A stretch of DNA of 64,000 nt, from NCBI RefSeq assembly GCF_000143415.4, contig NW_003314270.1, positions 2,945,668-3,009,667 of the forward strand. The letters run 5' to 3'. The notes below the pieces were generated by a model, which saw nothing but the letters and a program-made list of their open reading frames with translations, ran no database searches and was not told where the DNA came from. This document shows positions 10,757-23,997 of the stretch, in pieces. Position numbers and translations under genes: made by a program. The first letter of the stretch is position 1. Each line of letters opens with the position of its first letter. The DNA comes from Selaginella moellendorffii. Its lineage: Eukaryota; Plantae; Lycopodiophyta.

Positions 10757-13700
10757 AAATCATTTGCAAGATAAGCTGTGGTTTTTGTTTCAAGAATCTT
10801 CAAGTGCATCCATATATGAAATGCCACTGCACTAGCAAATCCCCTCAACCTCACAAAATTATTGAAGCCCTATAAGAAATACCATAGTGAAGACCCTCCA
10901 ATTCAGAAATTCATTTACTCATCATCGAAATGTAAAGATCTCCATCTTCATCTTCACTCTTGCTAACTGAAAAAGTGTTGGATTTGAATCCTAATAGCAA
11001 TCCTGTAATTTATACACGTGTTTACAACATTTACATTTGAGTCCAATTTCACAAATTTGAGCTATAAGCAAGACTTACTCATTATGGATGTCTCTAGGCA
11101 CCGCCAAAAAACTAAACCAATTTCACTGCCACAACAACCACACTAGTGAAATTGAAAACCTTTTCCTCCTCAAGAACCCTAAGTTACACTTACACAATGA
11201 TAATGACAATGAATGGGATATCATATTCATGCTACATATATGACCCATCATTTTATAGTCTATATGTCCATCTCATTGGCATCTAGATTAGAGAATGCCA
11301 CCTAGACTATGCCACACGTGGGTTTTCTGAGCAAGTGCAATATAGGGAATTTACAAATAGCACACCATATAATCAAAGATGTATAGTGCTTATGTTAATG
11401 TTTCTTATTCAAGTTCATGAAGTTCACAAGTCAACTACAACTTAAACACCAAAACATGCTATTAAACCAGGCATAAGATTGCATGTAGTAGTTGAGCAAG
11501 CTGAGGTTGTGGCAATTAACTGGCATGAGTCTGTGGTGGGCATGAGTATGTGGCGGTTGACCAACCTGAGACCAAGGAATGTGCAGCTATATGTAAATGG
11601 AGTTATATGAAAAGTACTATAACAACGTTTTGTTTTAGATTTCAAACATGTAGCACAAGATGGCCTGCGTTGCTAAACCGGACTCTTCAGCAGCCATGGC
11701 TTGGTGTACCCACTTTGCCAGCCCCCAAAACTCCTCAACAGCCTTCAGGTTCTATGCTGCTGTAGAGAAGAAACGCCACAACCGATCGCATTTCTCGGCT
11801 GGGAAACAGGGAGCCGATGAACCATACCGAGACCATGGTGACCAAATTGTTCAAAGGAATGTAGTTAACGTTGATCACTTGTTGCATTGAGAATCACCGT
11901 CAATGGCCAATGCATCATTGGAGTATGTTCTATGACCAATACAGAACTAAAATTTCAATTATAATCCTTTACACTTCTCTATGCAAAATGGACTCGCACT
12001 CAACGATTGCTGGAAAAAGGAAAACGATTGTTGGAAACCAAACTAGAAAGGAAAAGCACACAAACATCTAACGATCAAAACAAAAATACTGTCCGGCCGC
12101 ACCATGACAAGCTTTCCTCCCCAGACTACCAGAGTAGAACGGTTAAGATGTGCAGCCGGATGAACTGAAAATACCAGATAGGCACCAGAAATGGCTCTTC
12201 CACCTCCGTTCTGAATCTGATTTAAGTCCGGGCCACCACCCTCTAGTTTCTGCAGCAGAAGATAGATCCTGTCGTCATCGTCCAGACAGGAGACTGGACG
12301 ATGATGGACATCTTCTGGAAGCTCCAAATAGTCCCAGGTTAAATCCCAAAATCCTGAGAAACTAATTTAAACGTCCATGGCTGAAAGCAAGACGTAGATG
12401 TTCTTGTAGTTCTTGGGGGACGGGTCACTGATGCCGCATTTCTTGGCCTCCACTTCCAGCAATTCTCTCGTCTTCAGTCTCTTGTAGAGTGCCCATTTCC
12501 GAGGAGGCAAGCTCTTTAGAAGTTGGCGATAGCTGTGCTCTTGCATGGCTTTGGCCTTCTTCCTCCGTTCCATTTCCCTCTCCCTGACTTCCCCGAGCTT
12601 CCGGAGGAGCAACACTTCCTCCTGTCCCAGATTCTGGTCAAAGCACTGATCAAACTGGAGCTGTTCCCTCTGGTACTCCACCAACGACTCTTGTGACTGA
12701 ACCAGCCTGCTGGACGTGGGCGATGAACCTCCTCTGGAAGAAGAAGCTGAACGTCCACTGGAAGAAGAAGCCTTCCGGGACTCCTCCAACGATTCTACCT
12801 TCACAGGGCAGAGGTAAACATAGTACCAGATGCAGGGTCCAGTGTACCAGCGTTCCACTTGTGCTCGTTGCATGAACTGATACTCCGTTTTGGTGTGTCC
12901 CTCCAGGCTGAAGCGCTAAGAAATGCATCACCCCTTTCTCGTCAACCCACGCGATAACCCCGTCAATGTACTTGAAAGAGTACCTGCCTGGTTTCAGGTA
13001 CACAGGCTTGAAAGGCTCCCACTGGCTTGGATCTAACCGCACGGGTTCACCGTTTAGACACTTCAGCTCCACTGGACGACGCACACGCTGCTTGAATTTC
13101 AACCCCACCGCCATGATAGCCTCTGCTACAAACCCCTCGCAGGCCCATCCGATCTGGGGCCAGATGATGTCCGGGTCATCGAGTTTACCCTTCACAATGG
13201 CCTGGAATGTCGGTGAACGGAAAACCAGGCCCTTCAAACGCTCCAAAGCTGCCTCTAAATGGACTGCATAGATGAAGTCGGTGCAGAAACTACCATCTCC
13301 GCTGACAAAACTCTTGGACACCGATGCAGGATCACGTAAAGATTCCTCCGGGCCCTTGTAATCCTTGATGTACTTCCGTATGGATTTGAATGGTTCTCCC
13401 TGCTTAAACTTCAGCAGCACCGCCTGCCACGCCTGCTCATCATCTAGGAAACTTTCTGGTTGCTCTTCGTACACTCGCGTTTCCATGGCACCCGTTCGGA
13501 CATCCAGCACCCCAAAATTTTTAAGCCTGGGCCTTTTCCTTGAAAAGGAGGTACCGGTGATGTCTCGTACATACTCGTCACACGCACTGCTGAGGTAGAA
13601 CAAGGACATGGGGTGCTTTCCAGCAAACAAGAGAACATCCTCCTCACGGTCCGGATGGTTCTTGAGCATCCCTCCAAGGACGGTGGTGGTTCCTCTTATG

Positions 13701-14490
13701 AACGAAGAATACTCCTCCTGTAGCGCGGATAATTCAATAAAAAAGCACCCGGAAAAAAAAAAAGAAAAAAAATAAAAATTAAAGGGAATGAGGCTTACCT
13801 CGCCAAAGTTATCTTTCAGCTCGTACTCTTCCATCTGGCTTGCGCCTACTCGCACGTCATGAGCTTCAGGCGACAAGGTCTTGATTACAAAGTTGCACCC
13901 TCTTTCCAAAGCTTCCAGCCACTTCTTCGCCTCAGCTCGCCTGCGTGAAGTACCATCGTCGTGTTGATCACCGTAGTTCCCTTCACCATCACTCACAAAG
14001 AAAATAAAATCCCCAGCCGCCTTTCTGCCCTCGAGAAAGTCAGACAACGACTCCACAGAGCTGATGCGTCCAGTCTCTGCAAGCGCTTCCTCGCTGTCAC
14101 TGTATGCAAACAGAAGAGAATCCTGAACTTGGCGCAGCGAGTCCTGACAAGCGTCCAAGTACCAAAAGCTTATTACTCTTTGAGAGCGTCCAACAAGCTC
14201 CACTGCAACCGCTCGCAAAATGCAACTCTTTCCTTTCCCCCTGGCACCAGTAATGAGCAGGCCCCGAGTCGGGGATTGTAGGTCTTCTTCTAGAACCAGC
14301 CTCACGATGTCCAAGTACGCCGAACGACCCACAAACTCAAATTCCCGTGGTGGCCTCTTGCCTACGGCGGTGGTACTCAAACCTGGAAAGGGCAACGCCT
14401 GCGAGCAGCCTGGATCCTGAAGCCCGACGAAATCCACATCGCGAAGCCGCGCCTTCACACGCTCCGCCTCCGCCTTCTTTCTTGCAAGCA
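10757..14490. repeat. Segmental duplication unit B (direct repeat of ~280-3930)
   Basis: Colinear with unit A. Confidence 0.95.
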
Positions 14491-14506
14491 GACGAGCGTG
14501 CGCCAT
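12367..14506 (-). pseudogene. CR-like NTPase + nuclease gene copy 2, frameshifted by an 11-bp deletion at 12910/12911 (intron 13718-13798)
   Basis: Near-identical to copy 1 but lacks acagtcacctg (copy-1 2331-2341), which removes VTVS of LQVTVS; the shifted frame stops at 12650 and the original frame resumes as ORF 12367-12873. Confidence 0.8.
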
Positions 14507-15005
14507 GGCAGCCGGAATTTTAGAGCCTTCAGCTGAAAGGTTGTGCCGTAACTTTTGGAGCGTTAGTTAATTTAGATCTTCATCCGGACTCCATGGTTTG
14601 AGAAGAAAAAATCTGTTTTAGGTGTGTAAGAATATACCTAGAGTATCTAGGCATATTCTAAGATATTCTTGGTAAGAGAGAGGTTCTTCGTCAGAGAGGC
14701 CAAGCGGCTCTATCTCGTCATCGCCATCGTTCTCGGGTCTTTCTCTTGGATCTGGCCGCATCTCCAGCTTTCCAGGGATCAATCAGACAATCAATCACAG
14801 GAGATCGCATCGAGGGAAAGATGAAAAGAACGATTAAAGTTTGAGATGGAACAGGCAGAGTCGAGCTCGGCAAAATTGGCAACGTTTTAATAACAGCGTC
14901 ATTCCAGCGTAATGGAGTGTACCAAGTTTAAAAGAATTTAAAAGGTGGAATATTCCTATAGGGCTTTGTGAATATTCATTCTGGGTTTAGGGTTCTTCGC
15001 ATTTC

Positions 15006-17691
15006 ATGGCAGGGGAGAAGGAGTGCGTAGCGCTGGCGCTCGGCAATGCTGCCGGTCTGGAGGAGGCGCCTGCCAGTGGCAATGATCCCACTGCCGCCGG
15101 TGATGATGAGGAGGAGGAGGTGAGGAATGATGGGGATCAGGAAGGGCGGAGCAAGGGATTGAGGAAGTGCGTCCAGAATTTGCCGTGGTCTATGGGCGGG
15201 GATGCTTTTAAAAGGCTCCTGGAAGAGCAAGTAAGCGTGTGACTGACTTTCTAGATAGCTGGGTAGAATGATGGATGAGCAGGCTTTTCGTTGTGTTTCC
15301 TAGGATATAAAATTCGCCTCGGCCAAGAAGAGAAAGGGAAAGACTGTTGGCTTCGTGGAATTCGATGCTGCCGAGCACGCTGAGCACGCCAAAGTGGTAA
15401 ATCATTTTTTTTTTCTCTAACTTTGCACTGTAGATACTGATAGATAGCAATCTGTTTATGTTGTAGAAACTAGAAGCGATGACGGGTTCCAAAGGGAAGA
15501 AGCCAAAGGTGTCGGATGCTCTTCCACGAAGCTGGGAGGCTGACGAAACTGGGAATGGAGATGCGAAAGAAGAAAATGCCGAGCCGCCGAAAGATGTGAG
15601 TGAGGTTGTCACTCCTTTGGCTTCTCAGTCGTATGAGGAGCAACTACGAGAGAAGCGTGATGGCGTCGCAACAGTGCTTAGAAAGTTCGTAAGTATTTTT
15701 AAATTGCACTTGCTTCTTTTCTTTTCCTGAAGGTCGATAATACCGTCCAGGTTCGCCACACACGCAAGTGCTGCGTGCATGGTACTCCAGTTCCGGAATG
15801 GCTCACTCCGGGAAAAGAAAAAGGTAAATGTTGATAGAATAACTACTCGGATCTCTATTTCTGTTTTTTTCAACAGGGGGAATGGCTTGTGACTTTGAAG
15901 GCATTATTGCTTCTCCTGTGGTTGAAGGCTACCGTAACAAGTGTGAATTTAGCATCGGATCTTCTGCCGATGGGGAAAGTGTTGTTGGATTTCAAATGGG
16001 GATGTTCAGGTGAGATCATCGATTTGTCGTGGGTCATTTATTTGACTTACTTAAAGGCCTTGTTCAGGAAAGGCATTACCGCAATTGGAAATCCCAGGAA
16101 CTGTCGTAACGTGTCGGACATTGCAAAGTTTTATGCTGGTGCACTGGAAAGTTTTATACGCACATCTGAGTTTCAAGTGTGGAACAAGGAAAATAACTCT
16201 GGCTTTTGGCGGATGTTGACGGTAAATCTTCCGTGCGTTTGTATCAGCAGCTCTAATTTTTCTCCCTATCAAATGTTTAGGTTCGAGAAGGTCGACATCC
16301 TAGAACTTGTGAAGAAAAGGTTCCAACGGTTGCCGAAGTTATGCTTGTAGTGCAGGTGCGTGTGATGTTTCTTTTTTTTTTTTCTTTTTTTTTTTTTGAC
16401 GATTCTGACTAGTACTTATCCAGGTATCTCCATCAGGTATTGCAAATGACGCAAAGATGAAAGAATATGAGCGTATGGCCCGGGAACTTTCAAGCGCTGC
16501 TTTTAGTGCATCACCACCTGTTACACTCACTGCTTTACTTGTCCAGGTTGAAAGCGTCACTCTTTATTTTTCCTGCTCTCAGCTTGCATTTCTAGGAACA
16601 TGTGGGAGTTTCGAACGCTGCTCCTGCCGATGCTCCTTTAATTTCCTTGGCGATTCCGGGCACAGAAGTCTCTGTACAACATATTCACGATTATATTGGC
16701 GATCTGCAATTTAGGATTTCTCCGACAGCATTCTTCCAGGTTGCCATATCTCCTTTTTCTACTTGCAACTTAAAATGTATTTAATACAGGTCAATAGCTT
16801 TGCGGCTGAGAAGCTGTATGCGCTCGCTGGGGAGTGGGCTGGTCTTGGCCCCAACACTTTGCTCTTTGATATATGCTGCGGGACGGGGACTATAGGACTG
16901 ACGCTTGCACGCAAAGTTGGCATGGTACATAATAGATCTTAAAATCTCTAGACGTGCCGTCTAATAACATTCCCTGGACGCTAGGTGGTGGGAATAGAGA
17001 TAAATGCAGACGCAGTCACAGATGCCTTGACAAATGCGAAGCTCAATGACATTTCAAACTGTAGATTCGTGTGTGCTAAGGTAACGCATTGTCATGTTCG
17101 ACTGGTCTATTTATTTGTTCCTTGATTCAGGCCGAAGACGTAGTAAATAAGCTACTCAATGAATACGAGGTCCTTCCCGAAGAATCTTCGGAAGATAATG
17201 CTATGGACACTGATAAGAAACGCTTCTCCAATGTAGTGGTGATTGTGGATCCTCCACGGAGTGGTTTGCACCCAACAGTAAGTTTGAGTTCTTGCTCTCA
17301 TTTTATTTGTTTAAACTCGATCTAAGTTTCTACCTGCGAACAGGTTACAAAGGCCCTTCGAGTACATTCACGGCTCAAGCGCCTTGTGTAAGCTCGATAG
17401 TATGCTTTTAGAGCGGTACGAAACTCACCACATTGTTTTTACAGGTATGTATCATGTAACCCCGACACGTTGATCGCAAACTCGATCGAGCTGTGTGCTC
17501 CCTCGAGCACGGCTGACAAGCAGAAAAACGGTCGAGGCATGAACATCAAAGGCATGAGCAGCATGGGCTATGCTAGGCAGCGAATGAAGAACATGCCAAA
17601 CTCGGAGCCATTCAAGCCTGTGAAGGCCGTGGCCGTGGACCTGTTCCCTCACACCCATCACTGTGAGATGGTGATGCTCCTCCAGAGGTAA
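15006..17691 (+). CDS. tRNA (uracil-5-)-methyltransferase, TRM2A-like (multi-exon)
   Basis: GYRNKCEFSIG, FRISPTAFFQVN, SAM-binding LFDICCGTGTIG, VIVDPPRSGLH, YVSCN, VDLFPHTHHCE. Confidence 0.92.
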
Positions 17692-18439
17692 AAGATTGTG
17701 TTCTGCGTTTTTCCAGTCTCAAGTCTTTTTCCTTCAGGTAGCTTTGATTATTCCCTCAACTTCCATTTCACGATCGCATGGGTATAGCCCAACTTCAGAA
17801 AAGCAGCTCGAGTAGTGGACAGGGATCACTTGTCTGCCAAGCAGCATTCATTCGCGAAAATTTGCTGGAGGACGTGCCAAATATTCTTTTTGGCAAAGCA
17901 ACCTGGGAAAAGAGAAGCTCCCACAAGCCGTAAGAATCTGAACTACCGTTAGAACAATGCGAAGATTCTTGTCCATGAGGAGGCAATCTTATCTAAGCTA
18001 TAAAAACAGTGCTGAGATTTCTGTCCAAACGACTCTTCTTCTCTTGTTTTTTTCCTGTTTGGGTGTCGGTATAGTTGACAATTACACATTCCTGGTGCGT
18101 TGTTTGATCTGGTATCGAGGAGAAGTTTTTTTGACCCTTCAGGACAAGCATATGCTCTTTTCGTCCAAGGGTCAACAATTAAGGCTCCACCCAAGCGTAA
18201 GTGCTCGCGTGTTAAAACTCTGGAACGTTTTTTCTCTAGAAAATGAGAGAAAAAACGGCATCTTCGGTCTCCCATATTCGAAAAGCTGCTCGCCACCCAT
18301 GGAATTATTGGATTCCACTGTCAAATCACTCGCAAAAAGCTTTAAGTAATTCCTGACCTGGCCACTCTCCATCCATCCTCGCCACCCGGCCACAATCTCA
18401 TCACTCGCTTCACGATCAAGATCATCACCTACTTGAGCT

Positions 18440-20787
18440 ATGGCGGGAGCTATGGAATTGGACATCTGGAAATCCCGCCTTCACTCCTCCGCAAGAACAG
18501 GCCTGGCTTGTCTCATCGCGGCTGTGCTCCTCGAATACGCTCATGGCTACGTCAAGTGGACCTCCTTCCCGGCATTCTCTTTCGTTCTCTCGTTTGTCCT
18601 CCTCAGCGAATGCCCGTCGCTGGAAATGGTGATCCGAGACTCGTGGTCGGTGATCCTGGGTGCCATCCAAGGCCTCGTTCTGGGAATGTTCGTGATCAAT
18701 CTCTTGGGCCCAACCGTGTCGATCTGGACGAGCCTCTTGTGTATCTTTTGGAGCAGCATGGTGGTGGCGTATCCATCTTTCTCCAGTCTTCTCACCAAGA
18801 GGATTGCGCTCACCGCCGTCACACACCTCCATGTAGTCGCGTACGCGAGGCAGGAAAGCATGGACAGGATATTCTACCCCCTGAAGCTGGGGGCGACGAT
18901 GATGCTCAGTGTCTCGTGCTGTCTTGTCGCTCTCACTTTTCCCGTGCCAAAGCTTGCGTCCACCAAGGTGGGAGAATCCACTGAAAAGTTGTATTGATAG
19001 TTTACTATGATCATGCCATTTCCAGGTGAAGCAGCAGATCGTCCAATCCACCCGAGTGATCTCTCGAGCTTTTGATGCTCTACTTGCAAGTTTCTGTACC
19101 ATGGAAAGATGTGGATGCCATTCTTTGAGATTCCAGTCGAAGTCTCTTGTTGAGGCTGGATCCAAACTTGTGTCGGATATACCACGCCTGGTACGTATTA
19201 CATATTTTATATTCAGCTTGAAACTTTTTCCTTGGTTTCCAGGAATGCGCGCTTTTCTTCAAAGCCAAAGCTTTTGGAATCTCTGGAAAGAGGCTTGATA
19301 AGCTCATGCTGCACTTGAAAGCAATGGAGATGGCCAAGGTTATCTCCATTGATCATGCAACCATAGTCTTGCTGGAGGATCCATTCACTCGGATAAGAGA
19401 ATGGAGCAAATTGGTCTTAATGGCACCAGGGGGAACTGGAAACGATAAGCTCCTGGAGGATGGGACAGACATCATCGGCAGCTTGAATGAAGCTCTAGAG
19501 ATTGCAGTTGGGTCTTTCGATACCAAAGATCCTTCGCAGCTCGAGGCTCATTTCTCGTGCCTTTTCTTCGTCCAAAATATGAGACTCTTCCTCGGCGCGC
19601 TAAAAGGTGGCACCTCAAAACCAGCACGGTCAATGCAAGATTTAAAGAGGGTCAACGGTAGTCAATGCCAGCCTTGCAAAGGAGAGATCGATCATATCAC
19701 GAATGATAGCAACGATAAACGCACGATCTCAAGATGGCTCCTTGATCTCTACGACCGGGAGCAATTCATTCTCGCGCTCAAGATCTCACTCGCAATGGTC
19801 CTGGGAGCGTTTGCCGGATTCATGTACGATCGAAGCCACACCATCTGGACAACGCTGATAATCGGGATGGGATTTAACGCTCGCCGGGATGCCTCCCTGC
19901 GAATCTCAGACATACGCTTGCACGGAGTGGTGCTGGGAACGCTCTACGGTTACCTGGTCTCCTTCTACACGCTCAGATATCCAGCCATGATCTCCATCGT
20001 CGCCCTGGCAGCATGGATCGTCTTCACGAGCTTCATGAAACACAGTCGGCTCTACGGGCCGCTGGGGAACGTCTCCGCCTTGATTGGCGCAATCTTTCTC
20101 GTGGGTCATCGCAAGAGAGTTCCTCTCGACCGGCTCGCCATGCTTCGGATGGCCGAGACTTTCCTGGGCATCGCAGCCTTCGTCGCCGTTGACTATCTAA
20201 TCCTTCCAAGGCGAAACTCATCGGCTATGGCGAGAGCCAAAGCTACCGCGAGCGCGGACAAAATCAAGCGGTGCACGAGAGCAGCGGTCAGCGCGTGCGC
20301 TGACTGCGAGGACGGGTCAACGATGGAGGGAGCTGAACGGGATGCGGGTCTGGCGGTGGCGGAATTGGAAGCGCTTGTGGAGGAGATGAAGATGGAGCCC
20401 TGTGGAATGCATGATCTGCTAGAGGAGCGAGCGTTTACCAAGATCGTGAGATCTCAAAAGAGGATCCTCGGCTTGCTACAAACGCTTGTGATTTTCGCCC
20501 TGGAGCTTCGGAGAATCTCGGGATGCGAGCACCTCCAGCTGTCCACGCTAGATTTGCTGACGCTCAAAGAGGGTGGCGGCGACGTGGAAGACCAGTCTAA
20601 AGATGGCATTGACTTAGTTGACTCGTGTAGAACAAAGTTTCTGCTGGGCAGAAGGACAGGGAGCTGGGAAGAAATCCTTGTCTCTGGGGCACTGGCATTC
20701 AATGTCCAGGAACTTCTGCTAGAGGTTTCAAAGATGGAGAGAAACATTCTCAAGTTGGTGAAGACAGGAAATGTTAAATTTATTTAA
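18440..20787 (+). CDS. FUSC/ALMT/aromatic-acid-exporter-like membrane protein, copy 1 (3 exons)
   Basis: WKSRLHSSARTGLAC start, two multi-TM blocks, LKISLAMVLG, RLHGVVLGTLYG, FMKHSRLYG; tandem paralog follows. Confidence 0.8.
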
Positions 20788-21465
20788 AGTTCTTTTTGGA
20801 TAGTACTTGCTGAGATAAATAAATGAGCAATTTTAAAAGTGTGATGCTGGATTGATAAGTTAGTCTAAAACAACTGTTGGTGTAATACTTTACATTTTAA
20901 GATTGATAATGCTTTACAACTTGCCCAATGAGAGTAATTGCGCCACATTGAAACTAGACTATAGTTCAGAATCTACCGCACTTAGTGACGTCACTAGTTC
21001 TGGATGTAATAATAACAGAAAGTTAGAAATGAAATCTAAGAGCGTGATAAGTATTCACCCTCATCGTCCTTATCTCATTAGATCGTTGCTTGCTCATCGG
21101 TGAAATTGACACAATCCCAAATTGATATATATTCAATTTGATTCTTGGCCTGCAAGGTGATTCCAAGGATGTGAAGCTGGCTGAAAAGTAAAAATGAAAA
21201 GCTTGGGCTTTGGATTAGAATGTGATTTTCGTGAGTTAATAGTAGCTGTGAACTCCGGTAAAATGTTGAAAACGGCAGGTCCCCTGTAATCACAAAGTGG
21301 ATGCTCGCCACTCACGCACTGGATTCCCGTGTCAAATCAAATCACACTTGAAAGCGTATAAAAGTTCATCCTGGAACCGAAACCCCTGTGCCACCTTGAA
21401 AGGAAAGCCTCATTTTTCACGGGTCTCCCTGAAAAGACTAAAGATTTAACGGTTGTGGGAACCTG

Positions 21466-23997
21466 ATGTGGAAGTCCCGTCTCCTCTCCTCGGCAAGAAC
21501 AGGGGTGGCATGTCTCATCGCCGCTTTGCTGCTGCAGTACGCGCACGGCTATGTCAAATGGACGTCATTCCCGGCATTCTCCTTCATCCTCTCCTTCGTC
21601 ATCGTGAGCGAATGCCCCTCGCTCGCAAAGGTGATGAGAGATTCATGGTCTGTGCTCTTCGGCGGGATCCAGGGGCTCAGCCTGGGAATGCTCGCGATCA
21701 ATCTCTTGGGGCCGAGCGTGTCCATCTGGACGAGCCTCATGTTCATCTTCTGGAGCAGTATGGTGATCGCCTACCCGTCTTTCTCCAATCTTCTCACCAA
21801 GAGGGTTGCGCTCACCGTCGCGACCCACCTCCATGTCATTGCGTACGCGAGGCAGCAAGACATGGACAGGATATTCTACCCCTTGAAGCTGGGCGCGACG
21901 ATGGTGCTGGGCCTGGCGTGCTCCATCCTCGCTCTCACTTTTCCCTTCCCAAAGTTCGCGTCCGTTAAGGTAGTGTGATGTCATTGATGTGATCTTCTCG
22001 GTTGCGTGATATACAATGGCTTGTCCAGGCGAGGCAGCAGCTGATTCAATCCATCGAGATCATTTCGCAAGCGTTCGACGCACTGCTGACGATGTTCTGT
22101 ACTCGGGAGAGATTTCAAAGGCAGTCCTTGAGATTCCAGGCGAAATCTCTCATGGAGGCAGGATCCAAAGTCATCCTCGAAGTCCACAACACAGTATGTA
22201 TCCATGTACGCTTTCTGCCTTTTTATTCATCCCTATTCCCTTGAATTTCAGGACTGCTTTCTTCCGTTTGCGGTCAAAGCCAAGTCCAACTACGAGAAAC
22301 AGGTCAACAAGCTCATGCAACATGTCAAAGCAATGGAGCTGGCCATGAACTCGAGCTCTTGCTCCGACCAGGAGCTCTCGGACTCTGCCAAGGCCTCGCT
22401 CGAGGAGACCATGTCACAAGTAAGAGAGTGGAGCAAATCCTTCGCCGCAAAGATGAATCATCCATCTGGCAAGGAGAGCGTGGACTCGGACAAGCTCCTG
22501 AAAGACGGAAAGGAGATCATGAGCCAAGCTCTCGAGACCGCGCTCTCGCTCCAAGATCCCTCACAACTCCAAGCGCAGATTTGCGGCCTGTCCTTCGCAC
22601 ACAATGCGAGGCTTTTCCTCGCGGAAGCCACCACCATGCTACAGACCACACCGAATCTAAGCAAGGTCCGGTCAACGCTCGACACTCCCGAGTCAACACC
22701 GGTCAGCGCGAGTCCGTGCTGCAAGCTAATTAGTAGCGTGGATCCAATCGAGGAGAGCAAAAGTGAGAAAGAGACCGAGTTTCACTGGGGGTTTTTCAGC
22801 CAAATTCTCAAGCTCTACGACCGGGAGCGATTCATCGTGGCGCTCAAGATCTCGCTGGCTATGGTGCTCGGCTCCTACGCGGGCTCCACGTACAACCGCT
22901 ACCACATCAACTGGACGACGCTGATAATCGGGATGGGCTTCAACGCCCACCGCGACGGCTCCTTCCGCGTCTCGGACCTCCGCTTGCACGGGATGGTGCT
23001 CGGCACCATCTTCGGCTACCTCGTCTCGTTCTACACGCAGAGCTCCAGTCCCATCTTCTCCATCGTCGCGCTCGCCGGATGGATCGTCTTCACCAGCTTC
23101 ATGAAGCACAACCGCTTCTACGGTCCCCTTGGTAACGTCTCGGCGCTCATCGGCGCCATCTTCCTCGTCGGCCACCGCAAGAGAGTCCCGCTCGACAGCC
23201 TCGCCATGCTCCGGCTCACGCAGAGCTTCATCGGCATTGCTGCTTTCGTGGTCGTCGAGTACCTCGTCTTCCCGAGAAAGGTGTCGGTTCTCGCAAAGTC
23301 GACGCTGGCGGCGGGGCTGGCGGCGCTGGAGCGGTGCGCGAAGACGGTGGTCAGTGCTGGTGTTGACGTTGCGCGGTGCTGCTGCGAGAGGTGCCAGGGG
23401 TCCGCGCTGGAGGAGCTTGGGCAGGCGAGGCAGGAGGCGAGCTCCATCGCGCAGAAGCTGGGCGTGCTGGTGCAGGAGGCGGCGCTGGAGCCCTGCTGGA
23501 CCGACCCGTTCCAGGAGAAGGCCTACGCCAAAATCTTGAGCTCCCATGCCAGGATCCTCGATCTGCTGCAAGCGCTCGTCATGTCCATCCTGGAGCTGAG
23601 GTCCAGAAGGCTGCCCTGGTGCTGCAAGACACTCCAGGACCTCCAGGCTCCTTGCTTTGGCCCCGTGTTGGTACGGTTAGATACTGCTGGAGGTGGCGGA
23701 GACGTTGAGAGCCAGTCCGCGAGCGTAGATCTCGTCGACGTCGACTGCTGGAGCTCGTCAGTGGTTGATGCGTGCCGGTCCAGGTTCCAGGAGGTGATGG
23801 CGACGGCGGGCGATGACCGGAACTGGGAAGATACTGTCGTGTTTGGCGCCTTCATCTTCAACGCTCAAGCGCTGGCGATGGAATTTGCCAAGATCGAGCG
23901 GAACGTTCTCAAGCTGGTAAATCTAGAGCGTGGGTCAAAGATCCACACAGTAGAGTTGTCAGAGAAGCTAAGTGCTCGTTACCTCTTTAAGGGATGA
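21466..23997 (+). CDS. FUSC/ALMT/aromatic-acid-exporter-like membrane protein, copy 2 (3 exons)
   Basis: Paralog of 18440-20787 with the same exon layout. Confidence 0.8.

Noticed and set aside
12650-14506. 618-aa single-exon ORF as the real protein
   Set aside because: It reads through an 81-bp stop-free intron (the low-complexity FNFYFFSFFF stretch) and ends in a frameshifted tail
17949-18349. ORFs of 115-130 aa between TRM2A and the transporter
   Set aside because: No recognisable domain; they overlap the transporter's upstream region
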